Both the position numbers and the translations under genes were made by a program. The notes under the pieces were generated by a model. That model saw only the letters and a list, made by a program, of their open reading frames with translations. It made no database searches and had not been told where the DNA came from. From NCBI RefSeq assembly GCF_005938675.2, contig NZ_VCCH02000084.1, forward strand, positions 1 through 24,000: 24,000 bases of DNA, written 5' to 3'. Every line of letters begins with the position of its first letter. Position 1 is the first letter of the stretch. Positions 10,174-18,324 of the stretch are shown piece after piece. Source of the stretch: Mycobacterium sp. KBS0706 (lineage in GTDB: Bacteria > Pseudomonadota > Alphaproteobacteria > DSM-16000 > Inquilinaceae).

Positions 10174-10187
10174 TCTACCTAGGTAGA
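10174..10187. promoter_or_regulatory. Perfect 14-bp palindrome TCTACCTAGGTAGA, probable VapB operator
   Basis: Read directly from the sequence. It lies 16 bp upstream of the vapB start codon, inside an AT-rich patch (TTGCTATATTCTACCTAGGTAGATA on the minus strand). Confidence 0.55.
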
Positions 10188-10229
10188 ATATAGCAAAGAG
10201 CGGACCCGACGCCACATCTGCTAGCCCGC

Positions 10230-11489
10230 TCACCCCGCCGCCAGATCGGCCTCGTGGCGCAATTCCGCCGCCAGCGCCGGGTCCAGCGGCAACGGCGGCT
10301 CCAGGTTGTCGGATGCGGCGCCGGCGGCCAGGGTCTCGGCCTCGCGCCGGAACTTGGCGATGCCGGTGCAGCGACCGCTGTCGAGCCAGCCGGCGGCGTG
10401 GAGGATGAAATCGGCGCCGCAGGCCATCGCGGCGGCGGTGGCGCGGCCGCCGTCGGAGCCGGCCTGGGCATCGTCCAGCCGGGACGAGGTAACCCCGCCG
10501 TCGCCACGGCCGGGGATGCCGAGCCGCCGGGCCAGCGCCATGGCGCCGTACTGCACCAGGTGCAGGGCCGGGTCGCCGAACACCGGCACCATGCGGCTCA
10601 TCGAGAACGGCATGGTGAAGATGCCCATGATCACCGGCGTCCCGGGACACCACAGCTGGGCCAGCGCCAGCCCGGCCAGGACCTCGGCATAACCCTGGAT
10701 CAGGGCGCCGGCGACGGTGACCGGCCCGGTGGCGCCCATCATCATATAGGAGGTGACCAGGCAGCCCTGCCGGCTCTCGGCGGCCAGGCGCAGGCATTTC
10801 AGCGGATTGCCCTTGTAGGACAAGGGCGGGGTCGCGTTGATCAGATGCAAGAGGTGGCACCCAGCCGGCTTACCGTCCAGCGGGCCGATTGCCGCCGTCG
10901 CGGCGTCGATCACCTGCCGCATCGCGGCGGGGGATGCGATCGTGCCCATGAACGGCTTGTCCGACAGGGTCAGATGGGCGATCGCCATCTCCAGCGGCCG
11001 GGCGGCGTCCGGCACGTCGCCGATGACGCAGAGCATGTGGCCGGTGTTGGTCAGACCCGGCGCGGCATGGGCCATGGCCATCAGCCGGTGATAGTCGGCG
11101 CGCGTGCCGAAGCCGCCGCTGCCATCCTCGCGCAGCACGTTCGGCGGCCCGTAGACCGGCGCGAAGACCGGGCGCTCGCCGGCTCCGACCATCGTGCTGC
11201 GGGCCGGGTTGCGGCCGTGCAGCACGAAGCGCCCGGGCGCCGTGGCCCGGATGATCTGGCGCAGCCGCGGGCCGTCCAGGCGCACCCGGTCGCCGTCCAC
11301 CGCCGCGCCGGCCTGCCGCCACAGCGCCAGCGTCTCGGGATCGTCCTCGAAGCGCAGGCCGGTCTCGGCCAGGACGCGGTCGGCGGCGGCCTCGATCCGG
11401 TCCAGGGCCTCCGCGTCGAAGGCGGTGAAGCGGCCGGGCAGGGTGTCCTCAGCCGGCACGGCCGAACGCGCAGCTTCGATCTCAGGCAC
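10230..11489 (-). CDS. MttB-superfamily (trimethylamine methyltransferase family) protein, non-pyrrolysine type
   Basis: 419 aa. The family-typical layout is N-terminal AEALDRIEAAADRVLAETGLRF ... APGRFVLHGRNP ... then C-terminal ADFILHAAGWLDSG. There is no in-frame amber codon. The start overlaps the MFS gene end by 8 nt. Confidence 0.75.
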   Translation of the reverse strand: MPEIEAARSAVPAEDTLPGRFTAFDAEALDRIEAAADRVLAETGLRFEDDPETLALWRQAGAAVDGDRVRLDGPRLRQIIRATAPGRFVLHGRNPARSTMVGAGERPVFAPVYGPPNVLREDGSGGFGTRADYHRLMAMAHAAPGLTNTGHMLCVIGDVPDAARPLEMAIAHLTLSDKPFMGTIASPAAMRQVIDAATAAIGPLDGKPAGCHLLHLINATPPLSYKGNPLKCLRLAAESRQGCLVTSYMMMGATGPVTVAGALIQGYAEVLAGLALAQLWCPGTPVIMGIFTMPFSMSRMVPVFGDPALHLVQYGAMALARRLGIPGRGDGGVTSSRLDDAQAGSDGGRATAAAMACGADFILHAAGWLDSGRCTGIAKFRREAETLAAGAASDNLEPPLPLDPALAAELRHEADLAAG

Positions 11490-12717
11490 CGGCGCCTCCG
11501 ACCGCCACGGCGAAGCGCCGCTCGCTGGGCATAACAGCGGCCAGCAGGGCCGAGCACAGCGCCGCCGCCAGCATCGCCAGATAGATCGACTGGAATGATC
11601 CGGTCGAGACCTTCAGCCAGCCGCCGGCCATGTTGCCGACGATGCCGCCGAAGCCGAGGGCAATGTTGCCGAAGGCGAAGACCAGGGCCGACCGGCCGGC
11701 ACCGAAGGCATGGCCGATATAGGCCGGCACCAGGCCGAAGATGGCGTAGAAGGCGAGGCCGAAGGCGACGACAGCCAGGTACAGGATCGGCAGGTTGCCG
11801 CCGCCCGCGGCGGCCTGCAGCAGCAGCACGCAGGACCCGGCCAGGATCAGGTAGGTCAGCACCATCGCCCAGCGCACGGTGATCCGGTCGGCCAGGGCGC
11901 CGATGGCGAAGCCGCCGGCCATGCCGACGGCGCCGATCACGCTCCAGGCCATCGCCGCTACGTCCTGCGACAGCCCGACCTCGCCTTGCAGGAAGGTCGA
12001 CAGATAGGTCTGGTACGGCATGGAGGACAGGCCGTTCAGGAACATCATCAGCAGCACCGCCGCGGTCAGCCCCGGCGGCAGCGTCCGCAGCCGCGCGCCG
12101 ATCGAGGTCCGCGGCTGGGCGGCCTCCGCCGCCGGCCTCGTCCCGGCCGGCCGGCGCAGGCGCAGGAAGCCGGCCAGCGCCAGCACGGCGACGATCGCGC
12201 CGGTGGTCGCCCACAGGAAGCGCCAGCCCTCGGTCGCCAGGAAGCCGGTGATCAGCAGGCCGTTGACGAAGACGCCGTAGCTGGTGCCGGACGACATCAG
12301 CCCCAGCGCCTTGCCCTGGTGCGACCGGGGCACGATCTCGCTCGACACCTCGACCATCGGCACCCAGATCGCCGCGGCGCATCCGCCCAGGATGGTCAGC
12401 AGCACGCCCATGGCGACGATGTCGGTCACCAGCGCCAGCCCGCCCAGGCAGGCGGCGCAGACGGCGATCGACCCCAGGATCATCGGCAGGGCGCCGAAGC
12501 GGACGGTCAGCAGGCCGCTCAACAGCGCGCACAGCATGAAGCCGGCCTGGACGCAGCCGGAGATCACGCCCATCGCGTCATAGGTGAACGGCAGGTCGTG
12601 CCGGATGGCCTCGACGATGGCCGGGAACAGGTACATCCCGAAGCCGTAGGTCGAGGCGATGAAGGCCGTGAACAGGACGACCGCCTCGATGCTCCGATTC
12701 CGCCCCGCGGAAGACAT
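11482..12717 (-). CDS. MFS transporter
   Basis: 411 aa with about 12 predicted hydrophobic helices and a central loop (RLRRPAGTRPAAEAAQPRTS). The start is placed at the ATG at 12717-12715, behind SD GGGAGG. The tracked 519-aa ORF is an upstream extension that overlaps the GFA gene. Confidence 0.8.
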   Translation of the reverse strand: MSSAGRNRSIEAVVLFTAFIASTYGFGMYLFPAIVEAIRHDLPFTYDAMGVISGCVQAGFMLCALLSGLLTVRFGALPMILGSIAVCAACLGGLALVTDIVAMGVLLTILGGCAAAIWVPMVEVSSEIVPRSHQGKALGLMSSGTSYGVFVNGLLITGFLATEGWRFLWATTGAIVAVLALAGFLRLRRPAGTRPAAEAAQPRTSIGARLRTLPPGLTAAVLLMMFLNGLSSMPYQTYLSTFLQGEVGLSQDVAAMAWSVIGAVGMAGGFAIGALADRITVRWAMVLTYLILAGSCVLLLQAAAGGGNLPILYLAVVAFGLAFYAIFGLVPAYIGHAFGAGRSALVFAFGNIALGFGGIVGNMAGGWLKVSTGSFQSIYLAMLAAALCSALLAAVMPSERRFAVAVGGAGA

Positions 12718-12730
12718 GGCCTTCGCCTCC

Positions 12731-13153
12731 CTACCGGCCGGCGGCCGGCAGCTCCGACGGCGATTGCGGCCAGTGCGGCACGTCGTCGGTGATGGCGTAA
12801 TAGCCGCCCTTGTCGGCGGTGAAGGCATGGGCGACCAGGGCCAGGCCGGGGGCGCCGTCCAGCGTGCCGGCGCCGATGCTGATCCGGATGCTGCGGGCCG
12901 CCACCTGCCGCCAGAACAGGTTGCTGCCGCATTCGCCGCAGAAGCCGCGCTCCGCCTCGGGCGAGGAGCGGTACCAGCGCAGGCCGCGGTCACTCTCCAG
13001 CACCAGGTCGCCGGCGGCGCAGGCGGTGAAGGCGGCGACATGGCCCGAGGTGCGGCGGCACTGGCTGCAATGGCAGGCCACGACCGGACGCAGCGGCCCC
13101 GTCACCCGATAGCGCACCGCCCCGCACAGGCAGCCGCCGGTCTGGTCCGTCAT
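12731..13153 (-). CDS. GFA-family (glutathione-dependent formaldehyde-activating / CENP-V-like) zinc protein
   Basis: 140 aa from the ATG at 13153-13151 (SD GAGGGAG). Cys motifs GGCLCGAVRY, CHCSQCRR and FCGECGSNLF are typical of the GFA fold. Only 13 nt separate its stop from the MFS start. Confidence 0.75.
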   Translation of the reverse strand: MTDQTGGCLCGAVRYRVTGPLRPVVACHCSQCRRTSGHVAAFTACAAGDLVLESDRGLRWYRSSPEAERGFCGECGSNLFWRQVAARSIRISIGAGTLDGAPGLALVAHAFTADKGGYYAITDDVPHWPQSPSELPAAGR

Positions 13154-13266
13154 CGCTCGTCTCCCTCGCTGCGCCGGGCTCCAGCGTGTGGCCGTCGGGC
13201 CTCCGTCATTATGCCGGACCCGTCTCGCGATGTCGCAGGCGCGCCACCGCCATGTCGCGTTCGGCC

Positions 13267-13295
13267 TTGCCAAGCTTGAACCCGCTCCCGATATT
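13267..13295 (+). promoter_or_regulatory. Candidate sigma70-type promoter for the riboswitch-ribH transcript
   Basis: TTGCCA (13267-13272), a 17-nt spacer, then GATATT (13290-13295). This lies about 35 nt upstream of the riboswitch P1 stem. Confidence 0.35.
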
Positions 13296-13328
13296 CGACG
13301 GAGCCGTCCGGATCCCCCGGGCGGCGGA

Positions 13329-13484
13329 CGTTCTCAGGGCGGGGTGAAAGTCCCCACCGGCGGTGATGGCGTGGTCCCGAAACGGCCGCGCACGAGCCCG
13401 CGAGCGCCTGCCGGGCGACCGGCAGGGTCAGCAGATTCGGTCAGAATCCGAAGCCGACGGTCACAGTCCGGATGAAAGAGAACG
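13329..13484 (+). promoter_or_regulatory. FMN riboswitch (RFN element)
   Basis: P1 stem is CGTTCTC (13329-13335) paired with GAGAACG (13478-13484). Conserved core blocks are present: CAGGGCGGGGTGAAAGTCCCCACCGGCGGT, AGCCCGCGAGCG, GGTCAGCAGATTCGGT, CCGAAGCCGACGGT and AGTCCGGATGAAAGAGAA. It lies directly upstream of a riboflavin gene. Confidence 0.93.
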
Positions 13485-13560
13485 GGGACGGCGGGCCGGG
13501 TGCGAATCCTGGCGGTCGGTCCCGTATGCCCTGATTCTGGTCCGTTGCATGAGGATGACC

Positions 13561-14061
13561 ATGAATCAGCCCCTGTCTTCTGCTTCCCGTACCGACACGC
13601 CCCGCATCGCCTTCATCCAGGCGTGCTGGCATCGCGACATCGTCGACCAGTGCAAGACCGCCTTCCTGGCCGAGATCGCCCAGGCTGGCGCCGCGGCCCC
13701 CGAGGTCGATCTGTTCGAGGTGCCGGGCGTGTTCGAGATCCCGCTGCACGCCCAGCTGCTGGCCAAGAGCGGCCGCTACGACGCCATCGTCGCCACCGGC
13801 TTCATCGTCGACGGCGGCATCTATCGGCACGAATTCGTGTCGACCGCGGTGATCGACGCGCTGATGCGGGTGCAGCTCGACACCGAGGTGCCGGTGCTCT
13901 CCGCGGTACTGACGCCGCAGCGCTTCCACGAGCACGAGGCTCACACGGCCTTCTTCCGCGAGCATTTCCTGGTCAAGGGCAAGGAGGCGGCGGAGGCCGC
14001 GCTAAAGACCATCGCCGCGGTGGCGAAGCTGCGCGGCCAGGGCCTGCGCGCGGCGGCCTGA
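13561..14061 (+). CDS. ribH: 6,7-dimethyl-8-ribityllumazine synthase, type 2 (RibH2)
   Basis: Strong resemblance to Brucella-type RibH2 (IAFIQACWHRDIVD ... EVPGVFEIPLHA ... GRYDAIVATGFIVDGGIYRHEFV ... VPVLSAVLTP). The start is set at the ATG at 13561 (MNQ...), 5 nt after SD GAGGA. In-frame ATGs at 13549 and 13555 are alternatives. Confidence 0.9.
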   Translation: MNQPLSSASRTDTPRIAFIQACWHRDIVDQCKTAFLAEIAQAGAAAPEVDLFEVPGVFEIPLHAQLLAKSGRYDAIVATGFIVDGGIYRHEFVSTAVIDALMRVQLDTEVPVLSAVLTPQRFHEHEAHTAFFREHFLVKGKEAAEAALKTIAAVAKLRGQGLRAAA

Positions 14062-14081
14062 GCCGCACGAGCCGCAAGGTT

Positions 14082-14100
14082 GGGTTCGCATCGCGAACCC
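14082..14100. terminator. Hairpin between convergent ribH and rsmD
   Basis: GGGTTCGC-atc-GCGAACCC is a perfect 8-bp stem with a 3-nt loop. No U-tract on either side, so its function as a bidirectional terminator is tentative. Confidence 0.4.
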
Positions 14101-14119
14101 GACCTACGCGCCTGTCCGT

Positions 14120-14686
14120 TTACTCCGTCACCCGGCCGAAGCCGATGCGGGCGATGCCGTAGCGGCGCTCGTCCAGCAGGGCGAGCCCCTCCACCGCCGG
14201 CTCGTCGGCCGCGGTCTCGGCCACCACCAGGCAGCCGGGCGCCAGCCAGCCGGCGGCGGACAGCGCCCGGATCGCCGGGCCGACCAGCCCCAGGCGGTAT
14301 GGCGGATCGAGGAACAGGAGCGTCGCCTGCGCCCGCACCGACGGCGGTTTCAGCGCGTCGGCGCGCAGCAGATGCGCGCGGGCCGTCTCGCCCAGCGTCT
14401 CGGCATTCTTCCGGGCGAAGCCCAGCGCCGCGGCCGAGCTGTCGAACAGCCAGGCCTCGGCGGCGCCGCGCGACAGCGCCTCGAAGGCCAGCGCCCCGGT
14501 GCCGGCGAAGGCGTCCAGCACCACGGCGCCGGCCACCGCGTCGCCTTCGTCGGGGCCGTATCCGGCATGGGCCAGGATGTTGAACACCGCCTCGCGCACC
14601 CGCTCGCCGGTCGGGCGGGTGGCGCGGTCCGGCGGGGCGGCGAGCGCCCGGCCCCTATGCCGGCCGGCGACGAGGCGCAGGGGCAT
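14120..14686 (-). CDS. rsmD: 16S rRNA (guanine966-N2)-methyltransferase RsmD
   Basis: MPLRLVAGRHRGRAL ... TRPTGERVREAVFNIL ... VLDAFAGTGALAFEALSRGA ... LLFLDPPY (DPPY motif). Start at the ATG at 14686; the tracked ORF extends further upstream into rluB. Confidence 0.88.
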   Translation of the reverse strand: MPLRLVAGRHRGRALAAPPDRATRPTGERVREAVFNILAHAGYGPDEGDAVAGAVVLDAFAGTGALAFEALSRGAAEAWLFDSSAAALGFARKNAETLGETARAHLLRADALKPPSVRAQATLLFLDPPYRLGLVGPAIRALSAAGWLAPGCLVVAETAADEPAVEGLALLDERRYGIARIGFGRVTE

Positions 14687-15632
14687 GGCGGGAGGCGGCG
14701 CCGGTCGCGGGCCTGGACCCTGTCGGCTTCGCCGGTGTGGGCTTGGTCGGGGCGGGCTTGGCGGGAGCCGGCTTGCGCGTCGGCCGCTCCTCCTCATGGG
14801 TCGTCATCCAGCGGCCGAGCTGGTCGCGCAGCACCGAGGCCTTGATCTCCTCGGCCTCGCCCTTCTCCAGGATGCCCAGCTGGAACGGGCCGTAGGCGAC
14901 GCGGATCAGCCGGTTCACGTTCAAGCCGATCGCCTCCATTACCTTGCGCACCTCGCGGTTCTTGCCCTCGCGCAGGGTCACGGTCAGCCAGGCATTGGCA
15001 CCCTGCACCTTGTCCAGCGCCGCCTCGATCGGGCCGTAATGCACGCCGGAGACGGTGATGCCCTTGGCCAGGCCGGCCAGCTTCGCCGGATCCGGCGTGC
15101 CATGCACCCGCACGCGGTAGCGGCGCGGCCAGCCGGTCGACGGCAGCTCCAGCCGGCGCGACAGCTCGCCGTCATTGGTGAGGAGAAGCAGGCCTTCGCT
15201 GTTCAGGTCCAGCCGGCCGATCGAGACCACGCGCGGCAGCTCCGCCGGCAGGTTGTCGAACACGGTCTGGCGGCCCTGCGGGTCGGACCGGGTGGTGACC
15301 AGCCCGGCCGGCTTGTGGTAGCGCCACAGCCGGGTGCGCTCGGGCTCCGGCACCGGCACGCCGTCGACGCTCAGCACGGATCCGGGCGGCACGACCACGG
15401 CGGGGGTGTCCAGCACCTTGCCGTCCAGCGCCACGCGGCCCTCGGCGATCCAGCGCTCGGCCTCGCGGCGCGAGCACATCCCGGCCCGGGCCAGCACCTT
15501 GGCGACGCGCTCGCCGTCCTTCTCGCCGCCATCCTTGAAGGTGGCCTTGGGTTTCGCGGCCGGGGTCGCGGCGCCTGTCGCGGCCGGATCGCCCGCCGTC
15601 TTCCCGACGGTGGTCTTGGGGGTCTTGCTCAT
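14655..15632 (-). CDS. rluB: Pseudouridine synthase, RluB/RsuA family
   Basis: S4 domain (ERVAKVLARAGMCSRREAERWIAEGRVALDG). Catalytic motif IGRLDLNSEGLLLLTNDGEL. A basic Pro/Ala/Lys-rich C-terminal tail is present. Confidence 0.85.
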   Translation of the reverse strand: MSKTPKTTVGKTAGDPAATGAATPAAKPKATFKDGGEKDGERVAKVLARAGMCSRREAERWIAEGRVALDGKVLDTPAVVVPPGSVLSVDGVPVPEPERTRLWRYHKPAGLVTTRSDPQGRQTVFDNLPAELPRVVSIGRLDLNSEGLLLLTNDGELSRRLELPSTGWPRRYRVRVHGTPDPAKLAGLAKGITVSGVHYGPIEAALDKVQGANAWLTVTLREGKNREVRKVMEAIGLNVNRLIRVAYGPFQLGILEKGEAEEIKASVLRDQLGRWMTTHEEERPTRKPAPAKPAPTKPTPAKPTGSRPATGAASRHAPAPRRRPA

Positions 15633-15692
15633 CGCCCTTGTCTAGCGCGAAGCGCCCGGCCAGGGTTAGCGCGAAACTCGAGGATCTGACCC

Positions 15693-16160
15693 GTGCCCGC
15701 CGACCCGACAGCCTCCGACACCTATATGCGCCTCGCCCTCGACGAGGCGGCGGCGGCGGCTTCGCGCGGCGAGGTGCCGGTCGGCGCGGTGCTGGTCGAG
15801 GCCGCGACCGGCGCGGTGCTGGCCCGGGCCGGCAACCGGGTGGAGGAGCTGGCCGACCCGACCGCCCATGCCGAGGTGCTGGCGATCCGCGAGGCCGGGC
15901 GGCTGCGCGGCCGGCCGCGGCTGCCGGACTGCGACCTCTACGTCACGCTCGAGCCCTGCGCGCTGTGCGCCGGCACCATCTCCTTCGCCCGTATCCGCCG
16001 GGTGGTGTTCGCCGCCCTCGACCCGAAGGGTGGCGCGGTGCTGCACGGCCCGCGCTTCTTCGAGCAGAAGACCTGCCACCACCGCCCTCAGGTGGAACAA
16101 GCGCCGGGTGGGGAGGAGGCAGGCGAGCTGCTGCGGGCGTTCTTCCGGGCGCGGCGATAG
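15693..16160 (+). CDS. tadA: tRNA-specific adenosine deaminase
   Basis: Deaminase zinc motifs HAEVLAI and PCALCAG. GTG start at 15693 behind SD GAGGA; the ATG at 15726 (MRLALDEA) is an alternative. Confidence 0.88.
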   Translation: MPADPTASDTYMRLALDEAAAAASRGEVPVGAVLVEAATGAVLARAGNRVEELADPTAHAEVLAIREAGRLRGRPRLPDCDLYVTLEPCALCAGTISFARIRRVVFAALDPKGGAVLHGPRFFEQKTCHHRPQVEQAPGGEEAGELLRAFFRARR

Positions 16161-16238
16161 GAGCGGGCTGGCTGCCGGCCCGGCAATCTGACAAGATCGG
16201 GCGACCCCTGGGGGAGGGGTGATTTCAGAGTAGTCTTA

Positions 16239-17342
16239 ATGATGTCCGAATTTTTCGGCCGGCGCTGGTGCCGGTTTGCTGTGGCAGTCGCAGCTCTGAG
16301 CGTCCTCTTGGGATGCCAAGCGCCATTTCCCAAGGTGTCGGAGGCGAGCAAGGTCGATATCCGGTTGGTGCGCAGCGCCTGTTTCGGCTGGTGCCCGGCC
16401 TATGTGGTCGACATCGCCGGGGACGGGTCGGTGACCTATGAAGGGATCAGCTCGGTGGCGGTGAGCGGCCGGTTCCAGCATCGGATCGCCCCGGCGGAGG
16501 TCGCCGCCCTGCTGCGCATGTTCGAACGGGCGGACTTCTTCGCGCTGAAGGACGAGTACATCGCCGAAATCACGGACAACCCCTTCCATAGCGTCACGCT
16601 GACAATCGACGGCCAGACCAAGAAGGTCATCGACTATGTGGGCAAGATGGCCGGCATGCCGCCAACGGTCACCGAGCTCGAGGATGCGATCGACCGGACC
16701 GCGGGAACGGCGAAGTTCGTCAAAGGCACGCCCGAGACGATCGCGACGCTGCGGCAGGCCGGCTTCGACTTCACATCGGAGAAAGCGGCGACCTTTTTGG
16801 CCGATGCGCTGGAAATCCAGAACTACGCCTATGCCAGCGACCTGATCTTGGCGGGCGTCCCCCTGAACGGGCGCACCTCTCGCCAACAGCTGCCGGCATT
16901 CGAGCTGCTGTTCCCTCTCGCAACCTCGTCAAGGTCGGATCTCGAAAGAACCTTATTGCTGTTCAGCGAGGCCGCGGCCGAACGAGGCACCCGGCAAGAC
17001 AGAAGCGTGGCGCTTGTGATCGCCGCCCGACGGGACGATGCAGGCCTTGTTCGAAGGCTGGTTGCCTTGGGTGTCGATCCGGTGGTCGAGGAATCCGGGG
17101 TTGGACCCTACACCGCACTGCATACGGCGGCCTCGGCGAGGGTCGCCCGAATACTTCTGAGGGCAGGCATCGACCCCGATTTCACGAGTCCGATGATCCG
17201 AAAGGCTGTTCTGGTGACCGATTCCGAGGACGTGGCGCTGGTGCTGGCCGGAGCGCGGGTGAGCGGCGAGACCAAGACCGCGCTGATCGCCCGTGCCCGC
17301 GTGAAGGGCTGGACCCGCCTCCTGGCGAAGCTCGGTTCCTAG
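16239..17342 (+). CDS. Lipoprotein with an N-terminal DUF6438-like domain and C-terminal ankyrin-like repeats
   Basis: Lipobox LLGC after a hydrophobic signal (FAVAVAALSVLLGC). The block ACFGWCPAYVVDIAGDGSVTYEG ... DNPFHSVTLTIDGQTKKV resembles DUF6438 as I recall it. ANK-like units are present (YTALHTAASARVARILLRAGIDPD; ALVIAARRDDAGLVRRLVALGVDP). GC is slightly lower than in neighbouring genes. Confidence 0.6.
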   Translation: MMSEFFGRRWCRFAVAVAALSVLLGCQAPFPKVSEASKVDIRLVRSACFGWCPAYVVDIAGDGSVTYEGISSVAVSGRFQHRIAPAEVAALLRMFERADFFALKDEYIAEITDNPFHSVTLTIDGQTKKVIDYVGKMAGMPPTVTELEDAIDRTAGTAKFVKGTPETIATLRQAGFDFTSEKAATFLADALEIQNYAYASDLILAGVPLNGRTSRQQLPAFELLFPLATSSRSDLERTLLLFSEAAAERGTRQDRSVALVIAARRDDAGLVRRLVALGVDPVVEESGVGPYTALHTAASARVARILLRAGIDPDFTSPMIRKAVLVTDSEDVALVLAGARVSGETKTALIARARVKGWTRLLAKLGS

Positions 17343-18256
17343 ACCTCCGCTTCGCCCTTCAGCACCGGGATGCAGCCGCCGCCGACGGTGGCGCGGATGC
17401 CGTCCGCGGCGCGGCGGGCGGCGACGCGCAGCAGGCTCGGGCGGCCCATCTCCGCGCCCTGGACGATCTCGGCCTGCCCGGCCTCGGCTCCGGAGAGCGA
17501 CAGCAGCAGCGCGCCAAGGATGGCGTTGGCGCTGCCGGTCGCCGGGTCCTCATAGGTGCCGGAGAGGGGCGCGAACATCCGGGCGCGAATCCGGGCTCCG
17601 CCCGGCGCGGCGATGTCCGGTGCCGCCGGATCGCGGGCGTAGAGATGCAGCGACAGGCGTCGGCCCACTGCCAGGTTCTGTTCCTGGGTACGGCGGAAGG
17701 CGGCGATGTCCATGGTGGCGCGGGTCAGCGCCTCGCCCGTCACCTCGGCCAGCACGAAGGGCACGCCGACCGAGGCCAGCACAGGCTGATGCGCCTTGGT
17801 GATGATGTCGGATGGCGCCAGCCCGGCGCAGGCGGCGATCGCCTCGGCCGGCAGTTCCAGCAGCGTCGACAGCGGCTGCGGTGCTGCGATCACGGCGCCG
17901 GTCACGGCCCCGGCCGCGTCGCGCTCGACCCGTACCTCGACCAGGCCGGACAGCTCCTCGAACAGCAGCACGCCGTTGCGGTCCAGCCCGTGCCGGGCCA
18001 GGACGCAGCCGGTGCCGACATTGGGGTGGCCGGCGAAGGGCATCTCGTAGGTCCGGTTGAAGATCCGCACCCGCGCCGTGTGCGCCGGGTCCTCCGGCGG
18101 CAGCACGAAGGTCGTCTCGCTCAGGTTGAACTCGGCGGCCAGCGACTGCATCTCGCCGTCCGACAGGCCGCGCGCATCCGGGAACACCGCAAGCTGGTTG
18201 CCGCCAAAGCGGCGGTCGGTGAACACGTCGACGGTCTCGAAGGCGAAGCGGCGCAT
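17339..18256 (-). CDS. PhzF-family isomerase
   Basis: 305 aa from the ATG at 18256 (SD AGGAGG). [25 protein letters not shown] ... LSETTFV ... FAGHPNVGT ... YEDPATGSA are typical PhzF/DAP-epimerase-fold motifs. Confidence 0.85.
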   Translation of the reverse strand: MRRFAFETVDVFTDRRFGGNQLAVFPDARGLSDGEMQSLAAEFNLSETTFVLPPEDPAHTARVRIFNRTYEMPFAGHPNVGTGCVLARHGLDRNGVLLFEELSGLVEVRVERDAAGAVTGAVIAAPQPLSTLLELPAEAIAACAGLAPSDIITKAHQPVLASVGVPFVLAEVTGEALTRATMDIAAFRRTQEQNLAVGRRLSLHLYARDPAAPDIAAPGGARIRARMFAPLSGTYEDPATGSANAILGALLLSLSGAEAGQAEIVQGAEMGRPSLLRVAARRAADGIRATVGGGCIPVLKGEAEV

Positions 18257-18324
18257 CACGGCCTCCTGTCGGGCGAAAGGTGGCCGAGTCTTGACACGGC
18301 TTAGCCCTTTGGCAAAGTGCCGAA

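Noticed and set aside
9904-10860. 318-aa minus-strand ORF spanning vapB and part of the MttB gene
   Set aside because: Only the last 84 aa (from the ATG at 10158) look like a protein, namely the VapB antitoxin. The upstream part is an out-of-frame read-through of the MttB-family gene and the promoter region.
12718-13041. N-terminal 108-aa extension of the MFS transporter ORF (the tracked ORF starts at 13041)
   Set aside because: The extension overlaps the GFA gene in another frame and is Arg/Pro/Ala-rich. A strong SD (GGGAGG) precedes the internal ATG at 12717, where the hydrophobic transporter sequence begins. The same logic was applied to the extended tracked starts of ctaC, tldD, the usher, the second pilin, ribH, rsmD, phzF and msrC.
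14655-14800. Pro/Ala/Lys-rich periodic tail (PAPAKPAPTKPTPAKP) at the RluB C-terminus, overlapping the rsmD start
   Set aside because: Low-complexity basic tails are common on RluB-type pseudouridine synthases. At the DNA level the repeats are short and imperfect, and the 32-nt overlap with rsmD is ordinary operon packing.
16205-16219. Hairpin CCCCT-ggggg-AGGGG downstream of tadA
   Set aside because: It has only a 5-bp stem and no U-tract, and the G-run could equally be incidental. That is insufficient to call a terminator or an RNA element.
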